DNA of 64,000 nucleotides from Dimorphilus gyrociliatus (lineage: Eukaryota; Animalia; Annelida), in NCBI GenBank assembly GCA_904063045.1, contig CAJFCJ010000012.1, forward strand, positions 1,860,001 to 1,924,000, given 5' to 3'. Positions within the stretch are counted from its first letter, which is position 1. Each line of letters opens with the position of its first letter. Below the pieces are notes generated by a model. It made no database searches. It had not been told where the DNA came from and worked only from the letters and a program-made list of their open reading frames with translations. Positions 48,742 to 60,932 of the stretch are shown piece by piece. The position numbers and the translations under genes were made by a program.

Positions 48742-49239
48742 GCGACAAACTTGCCTACTGAACTGCTATGAATCCTGTTGGAGGCGGAGTCTGTCTGATC
48801 ATGTGCGCAAGTACGAACGCGTTTTAATTCGCTTTTTTTCCATCCGCCAATGCAATTATGCGTTTCGGTTTCAAATTTCACCGGTGGGCATGTGACGGGT
48901 AGGCATAAAAAGTTCCTCAAAATCATATGACCTGTTTTTTTTCCACAAGCTTTTATTTAGCAATACTTCAGACTTATAACGGTGCTATATATAAATACAT
49001 ATACAGTATAATCAGTCAGTTATATACCGTATATGTATATATATAACTATATATTTATACATATTATATTTAAACTTTCTAATAATATAATAATTGAATA
49101 CAGGAGAGTCTAAAGTCAATATTCATCATTTAAACAATTTCATTTTTCATCTATATACGTTGAAAGTTTATATTTCTTGTTTTTTTGACAATTTTATTTT
49201 TCATTTTATACGGAAATTTGTTTCTTTCATCTAATTTCT

Positions 49240-51365
49240 TTAATGTGCGGCGACTGCTGACTGCTGACCATTTTCGGTACGTATTTGCTTGCCCAGATAT
49301 TCCCAATTATGTACCATTAACTTTTGAACAGCCAACAAAGATTCATAACGAACGTTTGGATCTTCGTGTCCCAAATGTTGCATGACCAACTGTTTTCCAC
49401 CAAGTTGTTCAATTACACTGAAAAATAATACTTTTAAAGGCCGAGTATTTTGTTTATATATATATTTATACTTGTACATGTTCATACATTGTACATTATA
49501 CAGTATATACCAACATTTAAAAAAAGATGTTAAAAAGCTTACTGTTTTCCCTTTGGATAATGTCGTACGTACTCCCCTATATCGTGCGCAGCAACTGATA
49601 GGATTAAAGGATCTCTGTTTGACTCCAATAGTTTTATTAGGATCCTAAAAATAATTAATTATGAGGATTTATTAATTATACTTTATGCTTCCTTTTTCAA
49701 TTAATAGAAACTTAATCTTTATTAATTGTTTCTTACTTAAGAAGTTCATAATTCTTTTCGTTTAACCTAGCGGCATTTTCTCTCCAGAATCTCTCTGTCT
49801 TATGCACAGGTGACCACTCCAGACGACCCGACCGAATTTCATTCGTATATTCGTCAAATGAACTGAAGATGGCGTAATTGTACGAACGAAAAAAAATATA
49901 TATATAGTAACTCACCTTAAATCTTGTACTGATTCATGTAATTTCTCATTTAAGAATTCAATATCTTCCGTAATATCTGGATCATCGAATTTTCTGCCTT
50001 CTAAATGCTGTAATTGCTTAAGAACTTTACATTGAACCATCGAAAGTGCATGTTCGTGAATAACGTCTTTCTGATTGGGTTTTTCCAAAAGATTCTTTAA
50101 AAAAAAAACCCCAAAATTAAAAATAGAGTTTTTATTAATATTTAGATAAAAAAAAGAATAAAATATACTATAATTAAGAATAGAGACTTGTATGACTTAC
50201 TCTAAACGTCGCGAGAATAATTCTAGTCACTTTATCCTTAGCACTCTCACTAAGAATATCAGCTGTTATTGGTATAACATTATATTTGTTGACAATAGAC
50301 GCCAAATCTGAATTAAAAGTTAGACACCAGAGACAAAATATTAGCTGATATTGAATCTGAAATCCAACTTTTCCCGCCAAAACGGACACGATTCTAAACG
50401 ATAAAAGTGTATTTAAATTGAGTAACAATATTTTAAATGTTACAATTATTATAATATACTTACACGCTTATACCGTCAACGTTAACAAAAGCTAATCTGT
50501 AAGCGTCTATTCTTAACATCATTTGTAAACATCTGGCGACGGTTTGTAGGTATTCGTTACTATTTCTTTTCATTTCATCTCTTAACCAAGTTAGGTAATA
50601 ATCCAAATCTTGCCCTTCCATTAAAATCGAACTCCAACAGGCTAACTTAGCTATAATTCTAAACGTCTAAAGGTTGATAATAATAATTAGTCATTAATAC
50701 GTAACTCGTAGTATATATATATATATATTACTTGATTGACGATAAATGGATCTGGTCTATTCAGCATATTCAGAAAAGGCGTCCACATTGATTCCTTATT
50801 CTTGACAGCATAATTTTTGAAAATTTCAACTCGTGATTTATCTTCCTGTAATATATCATCAATCATGGTAAGGATATATTGCACAGTTTGATCTTTCGAT
50901 ATATGGCCCATCAAGGTAAGAAATGTTCTAGCACACTGCATTTGAATGAAATTCGTTTAGTATAATGTATAAAGTAATTTCATATTTTTACGATTACGTT
51001 GTATGGTTTTTCGCCTAATAGGGCACTCTTTTGAGCTGGACCGGAGTTATCTAAGCGGGAAATCACTCCAAAATCTTCGGGAGAGATCATTTGACCCCTG
51101 ATTATAAAAATTGTATTTTAAGTGATAAATGTTGGTAAATTTTAAGTACAAACTGTAGATAGGATTGCCAATTAACTCTATTTGCTCGAATTTCATTTGC
51201 TCTTTGCTGCAGAAGACTAGTAGCTGCTGCCACTCCAGCTAACGTGTAATCAATTTTAAATTATTATTTTACGAAGATAAGAAAGTACATCTACCTACCA
51301 GCTTTTTCCAAATCGTCAATATTGGATATTCCAGAATCTTGTAATCTTGTATAGGCTGCCATCAT
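49240..51365 (-). CDS. ATP6V1H: V-type proton ATPase subunit H, multi-exon
   Basis: [103 protein letters not shown]. Confidence 0.98.
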
Positions 51366-51750
51366 TCACAATTCAGTTTAATATTTCTGAAAATCAAATG
51401 GGCAAACAACTTTCATCTGTAATAAGTAGTCATGTGAGATATCACGTGATGGAAGGCGAAAACTGGTATGCTAATAGGCTGAATATAAAACAAAGTGACG
51501 TCACGATAGTGCGGTTGTGTTCCTAAATTTTTTGTTTTTCTTCTTTTATGAGTGAGTTTACGTCTATTTTTATTATTTATCAAAACAGAAATGTTAATGT
51601 TAATGGATAATATTATTCAGATCATTGGTTGAAAAGATCTAGAATAATAAGTATAATTTTAGTAAGTACATAGTTAATTTCAGCAATCAAGCAATGCATG
51701 AACAAAATTATATTTATCTTTAACAATTATTAAACAATACTCTATTAGAA

Positions 51751-52481
51751 ATGTCCATCAAAATGATAAACGATGAAGGCTTGAGCAATGTTTCATTATC
51801 GTCTGACACCGAAACAGGTCGAATCATAGTAATAATAATATCGTTAATGGGAATTTAACTAAACTTGAATTTATCAAAATCATCTTACTATACCTAATCC
51901 TTTCATGCGGGACCCTTGTAACCTTGAATACTAGTCTCTCTTTCCTCTTCTTAACCCTTATATTCAAATCTCCCGGCTTGATAACAGGACTCTTTCTTTT
52001 TAAAAAAACAAATAATGCTCATTCTATCTATTTATTCGAATCTATTACATAATTTGCAAATATAGAATTGGAACGGTCGACTATTGACAACGCTAAAGAA
52101 TCAGCAGACCAATTAAAGAAACACGACATGTCAAATTTCGGTAAAAAAAAACTCTATCGTTAATATTTAATGAAAAACGATACGTTCTTTATAGGCTTTG
52201 ATCAAGAAACTAATGCTGATGAAGAAGAGGAAAAGCAGAGACTTATTTCTCAAGTTCTAGAACTTCAAAACACTTTGGATGGTAAGTCATTTGCACAACA
52301 GTATTTTTACCAAGAGAACTAATGTTCCATTCTAATAGATTTATCTCAACGAGTTGACGCCGTTAAAGAAGAGAATTTAAAATTGAAATCAGAAAATCAA
52401 GTTCTTGGCCAATATATAGAGAACTTAATGAAAGCTAGCGCCGTTTTTCAATCGACTTCTCAATCAGCAAAGAAAAAATAA
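51751..52481 (+). CDS. SCOC: Short coiled-coil protein, 4 exons
   Basis: [59 protein letters not shown]. Not in the ORF track. Confidence 0.95.
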
Positions 52482-52635
52482 CAAGCTTTAATATATTGTA
52501 TTTCTTTTTTCCTAGTCAATTGCTTGGTACTATTTAGCTTGTAGTTTAATAATTAATTATTAAAAAATACATAATATATATATATATATATAAACATAAA
52601 TGAATAAATCATTTTTAGTATTCTCATCCATTTCA

Positions 52636-53786
52636 TTAGACTCTGTGCTTATAAAAGGCGCACAAAGCCGCGCTAATATTCCATCCAACTATCACCGAAA
52701 TTAAATAAAACATGAATGCAACTGTCATTGGTATTAAAATCACTCTTGTCTTCTTCAGAAACGGAAGTGCTGAAATAATGGTTTTTTTTGCTTAAAATTT
52801 TGGCTTCATTTAATATGTTACTTACCACTATACCCTAAAAATGATATATAAACATAATAGCCAATTGCGAACAGCCACAACGTATTTCCAAACAACAGCG
52901 ATAAGAAATTGTGATTCATAAAGGCTATTTAATGAAAATTCTATTTATAATATAGAAATTGAACATTTTTTAAAACTTACCTAGAAAAGGTAATTGAAAC
53001 AGATGCAAGATCATTAATAATGGAAAAAAAGCATTTAAGTGAACATCAAAAGAGTATCCCCATTCAACATCCGCTTTTGATCCTTCTGGTAACAAATAGT
53101 TGTTTGCTACAAACCTTAAAACACAAAATTATGTGAAGAACGTTGGTTTATTATTAACAAGTAAATAACTATTAATTAGAAAATACATACCACATAATAG
53201 TAGCAATAACAACTCCTACTCCGACGCAATCAATAAAGATAACCCAAAGCCAGAACTTAATAAAACCTGCAAAACCCAACTTCAGAACGAGTGAAAACCC
53301 AATTGATGAGACTGTAGAAAAGTTATTGAAATTATTGCTGTTTATGGCAAACTTTTTAGAGAAAATATATCTTACTAGTTAACCATAAAAACAGTAGAAT
53401 TAGAAACGCAGGATCATCTCTAGCCCATTGATTTTTTGTTTCTAGAAAAAATATATTTATTATTAAATAGTCTTTTTAATAAGGTAATTGACTAAAAGCT
53501 ATTCTATTCATCCCTTACGTTTTCTGTAGGCAAAATTTCGATAGACTTTTTGGGGAGATACGAATAAGAAAAGCATTTGCCAGAGAGCATACTCAAAATC
53601 CATTTGCCTGAATTTGAAAATTCTTCGCAAGTACTTCTTTCGCTTTGATGCTGCTGTAGCTACTCTATTTCTCAGATTACTTTCAGATGAATCTTGCCGG
53701 TTAAGCAACAAAACAGTAGAACCCGACGTCGGTGTAGGGGATTGAGGAGTCGACGGAGGGGAATAGTTGCCGTAATACGATGACAT
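52636..53786 (-). CDS. UNC50: Protein unc-50 homolog (Golgi membrane), multi-exon
   Basis: KYLRRIFKFRQMDFEYALWQMLFLFVSPQKVYRNF, ARDDPAF, DVEWGYSFDVHLNAFFP, ALPFLKKT..GWN..LCAFYKHRV*. Confidence 0.96.
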
Positions 53787-54001
53787 CGTCAATCTACTAA
53801 AAGTTGGTAAATAACGAAATTAAAGAACTAATTGAAATTTTAAAGATACAAATTTTAAAGTTTCTACAAAATATTTACTAAACTAAACAAAAACTCTTTG
53901 AAATTCAGAAAATTCTTACTTGTTCAATGTTTTCAAAGGACCTTTGGAATCTTAAATAGTGAAAAAACACGTTTTTAGAGTATGACAACACATCAGAGCC
54001 T

Positions 54002-54027
54002 CTGCGCAAACTCTACAAGTTAACTAC
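54002..54027 (+). promoter_or_regulatory. Composite promoter element CTGCGCA-N7-CAAGTTAACTAC (copy 2, between divergent UNC50 and PY-motif gene)
   Basis: 23/26 identical to 16768-16793. Confidence 0.5.
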
Positions 54028-54495
54028 CTAAAAAACCGGAGAGGACTATAATTTTCCGAAAGCTAATAAGGTGCACCCTTCCCAAACAAAATTGACCACT
54101 ATCTTTTTAAAGGGGAGCTTGACGCCCAAAAAATCATTTTAAACCAATTGATACCATTTGCACCTGGTGACGTCATTGAGAGCAGGTAGGGAATATCGCA
54201 ATATAAGGTAGACTCATCAATTCTGAAGGTGAATGTTGACCTGATGTAACGAGATCGCCATTTGTTGATATTTAGAAGGATTACGCCCTAGTATCCTCTT
54301 TAGACAACGTATAAAAAATCCTGCATAAAGATTTAAAAGCCAAAATATTGAATCGATATCTTAATATAAAACAATATATATTGATATATATTTATAACAA
54401 CAAGAAGAAGGTAAATACAATGAAATATATAGGTCAAAAGAACTTTACCGAACTTTTTTTTCAGTTTTTAACTCTGAACATTCTTAACAATAATC

Positions 54496-55113
54496 ATGTC
54501 AAACGAGTCTACATTTCCAACACAACGATCCTCAACACCATCTCCTAATATTGTTCCTACAGACTTTACTACTATAGCGGGTTTTACTGTGTTCCTTCTT
54601 CTAATTGTTTTTATTATAATTGGTTGTTTAGTTTTGGTACTAGCCAGTAAAAAAGGTTGCTGTCGAAAATCGAATCAAGGAAATAGAGAGAGCAGCACTG
54701 AAGGAGAGTCTGCCACATCGGTAAATATGTCTGATGGACCACCCTCCTACCTGGAGGTCACAGAAAGCAATAGAAATTCAACAGATAATCTTAGCAACCA
54801 AAATAGAATTTTCTTTTGTGAAGTTCCTCCTCCACCAAGTTATAATGAAGTAATGGAGGCTTTAGCTCAAAAAAAGAAAGAAGAGATAAGATCTGCAGAA
54901 CAAGATACTGAATTAGGGAGTCGGAGTGAAAGTAGAAATACTGAACAAGAAGAAATAACTGATCAATCTCAAGAAAGTCCCGAACTTTTAACACTTACAA
55001 TTAATCAATCGGATACGAATGCAATAACAATAAACCAGACAGAAGAACCAGGGAATTCTGCAAATGATAATACGATTTCGCCAGAAAATACAGTCTACAC
55101 CTGGTCCTTATAA
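54496..55113 (+). CDS. Intronless single-pass membrane protein with two cytosolic PPxY motifs (candidate NEDD4-family adaptor)
   Basis: TM IAGFTVFLLLIVFIIIGCLVLVLA, juxtamembrane KKGCCRK, PPSY and PPPPSY motifs, acidic disordered tail. Confidence 0.75.
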   Translation: MSNESTFPTQRSSTPSPNIVPTDFTTIAGFTVFLLLIVFIIIGCLVLVLASKKGCCRKSNQGNRESSTEGESATSVNMSDGPPSYLEVTESNRNSTDNLSNQNRIFFCEVPPPPSYNEVMEALAQKKKEEIRSAEQDTELGSRSESRNTEQEEITDQSQESPELLTLTINQSDTNAITINQTEEPGNSANDNTISPENTVYTWSL

Positions 55114-55372
55114 GCTACTAGATATTATAGATTTTCATGCGATCAGCATTAAAGTTTCATAGCTAAATGCTCAATTTTTAGATATTTTTTGTTTATGGAG
55201 CTCGTAATCTCGATTATGCAACATTTCAAGTGAGAGTGATACTACTAAAGATCTAATTTCATAATTTGATGCATTGTTTTTAATAAAATTTTGACAAAAT
55301 GTTTACATCGCAAACAAATGTTACTTCGAAATGTGTATTTTTATGAGCACATAACTACAGGCTTAAATATAC

Positions 55373-56533
55373 TTATGTATGGCTCGTCCTTGAAATTTCA
55401 TTAACAGTTTCACTAACAGTTTCACTAACAGGTTCCTTGGTCTTTGAACGCGATATGTTCTTCTGTTTATTGTATTTCTGATTGATCCTTTTTAGATCCT
55501 TATTAGATAGCGTTGCTAGACCTTTTTCTTCGTCAAATATGCTCATATCGAAACTGTGCCTATTCATAAGAGCTGTTTCAACAAGATTTCCATTTACCCG
55601 TTCCTCCCTTTTAAACTTTTTCTTGAGTTCTTCTCTCGACCTACCTGGAAATAGTTTTGTTAGAGACGTAAAATCAGTTCCAAGGGTTTTGAGCCCCAAA
55701 TAAAAAGTTGCTGTATCCCGTACTGTCCATGGTCCTGAGAAACTCTGTTTCTTGAAACTTCTACTAGAGACAAATTCATCTTTATTGCCGTCAGTTAAAG
55801 GCATTGATTTGAAATCAAACTTCTTTTTTTCCCTAACAACTAAAGACTCTTCATCAATGACGATTTCACCTTTCTCATCTATTCTAATTTGAGGCGCACT
55901 GGAGCTGCTCTCCTCTGTCAAATCTTCCTCTACAGCGGGTTTATCTGGCTTCTCATCGAATTCTTGTACAACTTCACTGTCATCTTTGGGCATTGGATTC
56001 GTTGTAGGGTTTAAATAAATTAAATCACTAATTTTCATTGAAGATTCCACTGGTGTATGCAAATATTCAGTTTTTCTCGTTAATTTTTTCGATACCATAG
56101 GGCGGACAGATTTAGTCAAGTCTTTCTTCGTTAAGATTGGTAATTCGTCGTCATAAGACTTGCGTCGATTCTTCTCACTTTTGTTTGTTTTCTTTTTGTC
56201 TTTTTTGACTTTGTCATGAGATGAATGGGAACCCGCTTGTTTTCTTTTTTGTGCACGTGGCTTGGGTGTATCAGTCACTTTCGAGTCGGACTTGGATGCT
56301 TCTTTTGCTCCCAAGTCAGAAATTTCTACTATCTCTTCAGCAGCAATATTAGACGGATAATCAGTGGCAGTATTTACTGACTCAATAGCTTTATTTTCTT
56401 CACTTACTTCGGTTTCTGAGATGATTTTACTTTCAACACTCTTCTCATCTTCAACAGTCACTTCAGTATTTTGCGTAGTTTCATCTTTCTTAATCGTCAC
56501 ATTAGGCTTGAAGCGAATTTTTGGTCGACGCAT
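55373..56533 (-). CDS. BDP1: TFIIIB B'' subunit BDP1-like, intronless, about 386 aa
   Basis: N-terminal RRPKIRFKPNV, IDEKGEIVIDEESL, SANT-like WTVRDTATFYLGLKTLGTDFTSLTKLFPGRSREELKKKFKREER. Confidence 0.88.
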   Translation of the reverse strand: MRRPKIRFKPNVTIKKDETTQNTEVTVEDEKSVESKIISETEVSEENKAIESVNTATDYPSNIAAEEIVEISDLGAKEASKSDSKVTDTPKPRAQKRKQAGSHSSHDKVKKDKKKTNKSEKNRRKSYDDELPILTKKDLTKSVRPMVSKKLTRKTEYLHTPVESSMKISDLIYLNPTTNPMPKDDSEVVQEFDEKPDKPAVEEDLTEESSSSAPQIRIDEKGEIVIDEESLVVREKKKFDFKSMPLTDGNKDEFVSSRSFKKQSFSGPWTVRDTATFYLGLKTLGTDFTSLTKLFPGRSREELKKKFKREERVNGNLVETALMNRHSFDMSIFDEEKGLATLSNKDLKRINQKYNKQKNISRSKTKEPVSETVSETVNEISRTSHT

Positions 56534-56661
56534 GGCTGACCTCCACTCGTAAATAACGAGTAAGACTGAAAATCTTATTGCAATAGGCGATGATGTAAAT
56601 GTTGTGAAGCCTGAAGCGGAAACGGAAATAACATGCACCGTGAGAACAAATTCGCGCGAAA

Positions 56662-56696
56662 AGCGCCATCTAAGGCTCCTAACAAAGCGCATGCGC
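56662..56696. promoter_or_regulatory. Promoter motif cluster: CTCF/YY1-like GCGCCATCTAAGG and NRF1 palindrome GCGCATGCGC
   Basis: Motifs at 56662-56676 and 56687-56696, between the divergent BDP1 and 57158 genes. Confidence 0.5.
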
Positions 56697-57157
56697 CATA
56701 CATATTCGGTTTTTATTTGCTCAGGTTCTTTTATAACAAATTCAGGTAATTTACTTTATTTTATCGAAAAAAGAAACTACTAAGTAAGACTAAATTCATT
56801 TTTTATTATTAAAGCCTAAAAACTTATCGTGATTTCGATAAATTTTGACGCTTTTCAAGCATATTTCTCGGCAAGCTGTTCGCTTAACCGGCGTCGTTAT
56901 GGAAATTTTTATGTAAATTAAGCACTAGTATATTAACCATATCTCTATATTCTTTTGCTGCCATTTTCTGTTAATTTTCTTCCTGATTTTAGTAATGTAG
57001 AATTTATTTCATTTTACAACATTTTGGCGCCAGAACTTAAGAATTCAGAGTCAAGGTCATTTAGGCCTGATTCTACGCGCTTCTTTAGAACTCGGAAAAA
57101 TCGAACTTTAAGTTTAATTCCATCTAGTTAAAGTACTATTTAATATTCAGGCAAGCC

Positions 57158-57773
57158 ATGCTACCACTTTCAAAGTCAAACGAGTCAACTCAGGAAGATG
57201 TCGACATGAAGGACAACAGCCTTGTAAACAATAATCGAAATGGATTTTCAACTCCAGTAACTTTTCAAAACGGTTGTAGTAATCCTTTCACGCAGATTTC
57301 TCGTAAAAGGTCACTATGTGATCAAAGTGTTTTCATGGATCTGTCAAAAAAAGCAAAAGTGAGCGAAACATCAAACGGTTCGTAAATAATTATTCTATCA
57401 TTGTTATTTCTTTTGATACAAACACCGGTGTTGGGAATTTTCTTTTTTTTTAAATCGTTTTAAGCTATTTCCGCTTATGGCATTTTCAGATGATAATCCT
57501 TCAAATCCGCAAACTTGTCTCGAGATTTCAAATTATCTTACGTCAACTGTCAAAACACCAACACCTATTTGTTTTGTCGCGAAAGACGGTTTTTGGATGA
57601 ACTATTGGTGATTGACCGTTTCTTGTTTCACAGGATCGTCGTTCAACTTAGGAAATCCAGAAAAAAATTTCCCTTGTACCTCGTTAATTGAGCATCAATG
57701 TAGCATCAATGCGCAAATTGGTTATGCTAACACTTACTGCGACGTTTTAATTGCAGATTATCACTCTGGTTGA
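57158..57773 (+). CDS. Small uncharacterised protein with NLS-like RKRS..KKAK; 3' exon structure ambiguous
   Basis: Exon 1 (57158-57377) splices in phase to an exon from 57490. The frame hits TGA at 57609-57611 and then stays open to 57773. Confidence 0.5.
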
Positions 57774-58021
57774 TGTGAAAATAGCTAGATTATTTTGTTA
57801 TATAATGTTTGTTATGTCTCGTCTCTACACCTGTATATTTCTGGTATGTTCACTGCCCGTTAGTTTTTGGACTCTTTTACGTCTATTGATTTCAATGAAA
57901 CTAGTATGAGTGGAAAATTTATTTTTTATAAATATGATTACAATATAGAAAAATACGAAACAAAAATAGAACAGTTTGATATTTCAAATAACGAATACCT
58001 TCCATTATCAAAGGCTCGTTC

Positions 58022-60932
58022 TTACGACAGACGCGAACGTAGACATCGTATGATTTTCTTTTTCCTCTGTGGAACGTTGTTCAGTTCATTGAGTTTTGCT
58101 TTCATTTTAGAGGATGTTTCATTTAATTGAGTAGAAAAAGAAGTGATTGGGGCTCTACTTCCTTCAACAAGAGTAGTACTTTTCTTCTGCGGTGTTGATG
58201 CTGAGTGAGCGCAATACGGCGATGGTGGGCTTTTACAACGTAATCTCTCTGATCGTCTATTCTCATCTTCGTCACTGAGACGCTCCTTTGCTTCTTTCTC
58301 ACAAATTCTTGGCTTCTTATAACCATCGTAGTTAGTTAAACGAGAATTATAATCAGATTCAGGGGGAGCATAGCCTCTCTTTCGTCCCTTAAAAGGAACT
58401 CTGTTAATTAGAGATGGCCGGTCTGTTGATCTACTTCTGAGGTTTTTGCTTGATAAAGAATCCGTTGTTGATCTTTGATCTAAAGAAACACTTTTAGGCC
58501 TTAACGCATTATCAGAAGTTTTACTTTCATCCTCCTTATTAACAGATTTGACAACTTTTTCAGATTTTTTCCCACTTTCAGATGGTGTCTTGGCTAATTT
58601 AATACGAAGAGTTCTGGTTTCATTTATGGTTTTTAAAGCGCTCACAGAATTTGAAGAATTTTCATTTTCATTATAGCAGCTATCGCCTGCTTCGAGTTTA
58701 ACTTTACTCTTCACTTGATTTCGTTGAGACAATCGTTGAAATACAGTTGGTTTTCTCTTTTTTAACAACTTTTGAGCTCCAAATTTTAATTTTTTTGCTT
58801 TTCTTTCTACTTCACTAATTATTTTAGATGATCGACCACGCTTTTGTTTTAAATCGTTCACTTTTGAGGTCTTATCAGTAAGTTCGGTTTCATTTTTCAC
58901 TATTTGCTTTTTAGAATTTGGCTTAAACTTTGGTGTAGTTGCTGAATCGGGAATTTTTAATGTTCGAAATGGGCGTTTGTCATCCGAAAATGATTTTCGC
59001 TCATGTTGTTCTATAACTACACCATTTTTATTGACTTTGTTGGTAATAATTTGCGAATCATGATAGCCGTATCGTTGTTGAAAGGCGTCACTTTCCAATA
59101 TGGCAGTTCGAGCCTTCACTGAATCATGATCATCATAAATCGGTGCAACTCTATGCGCTCTTATTACTTGCGGCTTTTCTCTACTGGTTAAGCTGGTATT
59201 TTCGAGCATTTCTGCTTGTTTGTGAATGATTAATTTTTTAACATTAGCCAACTTTTTACTATGTTTTTCTCTCCTCGTTACAAGATAACATAAATTCCTG
59301 ACCCTTTCTAAATTTTGGCGAAGTTTTATAAACATTGCCAATCTTCTGTTGAGAAGGTCATTTTCAGCTTCCGTTAAGGAGTCGTCGGTTTTAGGATGCA
59401 ATAAAGGTTTATCAAAAAAAGATTTTCTTTTTAACGTCCAGTAGACGTGAACATTTTCAACAATCTCAACTTTTTCCTTCAATGTACATGCTACGTCGGC
59501 GGCGTTGACCAGAGTATAAAATTCTTCTTTTAGTCTTTCAATTTTAGTGTTTCTATTCTCCTGACAAAAATCAATGGTTACATCATCGTCGTCATCATTG
59601 TCAGTGGTCAAATCTGATTTGTTTTTAGAATGTTTGGGGCAATAACTTAGGTAATTAATAGTTCCTTTTGAGGACGGAGTACAATTCATAGTTAAACCAC
59701 TTCTTTGAGCACATGTTACATGGTATGCTTTAACGCAACTTTTTATTGAACATTGGATACAAGCTCCTTTCTTCCTTTTGCAAATACAACAAGCTAAATT
59801 TCTTCTAGACTGAGGTATGCTTTGGATGTGTTTGATTGGTTCCATTAAATCACTGGTATTCTCAATAGCTATCTCAGGTATCCATATAGCACAAGATAAA
59901 TGCGCCCACTGTAATCCTGACCGGGTTGATTTCAAAGCACCACCGGTATTTGGACACAAGACGCATTCTTTCTTAACACCCAAAGCACAGGGCCTGCAAT
60001 AATAAGGTCCATCTGGTATTCTCTGAATTCCATAACAACCTTGATGAACACATACATCACACCCATCGCAAAATACAATCTCATTATTATCCTCAGCGTC
60101 AGGACTTCTACAAACATCACAAACGACATTTTCGTCGTATTCGATACCTAGACCAGCTCCTGTTTTTTCACGCATTTGCATATTTTCATGACACTTATCT
60201 TCAAAGCATTCTATAATGCGCTCCATTTGCCGTGCACCAAGTGTTTCAATGCCAGATGATGTTCTCCCTCGATTAAAAATCTCGAGCCAGCTAATGTCCA
60301 TTAGATCCAAATCGTAACGGCATAAGGATTCACCGATTTTATCGTAATTGCTTAATTTATGCTCTTTCTCGTCATAAGTTTCATCTTTTGTTTGATGGAT
60401 GTATTTTTTAGATCTAAAAATGTGCATATAAATTAGCATTTAATAATTTATAACATCTAAAACTTTACCGAACGAAGCGAACATTATTATCATTGAGATT
60501 GGTTACTTTGACTACTTTTGGACAACTGTCGAAATCTGGATTAACAGGGACTTGAACACCAGCCTCCCATTCTTGTTTCCAGGGATCATTAATTATGATA
60601 ATATCTTCTAGGGGTAAATGTTCACTATCAGGTACTTTCATAGCAGATATTAAATCTTTTCGGAACAGCTGTAGAGATGTATGAAAAAAAATATATTTCA
60701 TATTTTAATGCAATATAATTGCTAACCTCTGCCGGTTTTTGACTACTCCTTCCACGTAACCTTAATGCAGACCGACCGTTTAAACTCTGCCTTAATTCAG
60801 GAGATTTAAGCGATGAGCTTGCTGTAGGTATGTCATTATTAATAAGGGATGCATAATTTGGTGACAAAAGGCGTTACCTCGACGCAAGTGTTCTCTACCG
60901 CTTGGGGCAGTTTCTTCATCAACATCTTCCAT
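58022..60932 (-). CDS. JADE: Jade/rhinoceros-family PZP (PHD-Zn knuckle-PHD) chromatin adaptor
   Basis: KPAELFRKDLISAMKVPDS..DPWKQEWEAGVQVPV (EPC-N), CDVCRSPDAEDNNEIVFCDGCDVCVHQGCYG, LRQNLERVRNLCYLVTRREK. Confidence 0.92.

Noticed and set aside
50370-50385. E2F-like TTTTCCCGCCAAAA
   Set aside because: It lies in ATP6V1H coding sequence (VLAGK codons).
56534-56692. 53-codon N-terminal extension of BDP1 given by the ORF track
   Set aside because: It runs through the promoter motif cluster; the conserved-looking start is MRRPKIRFKPNV.
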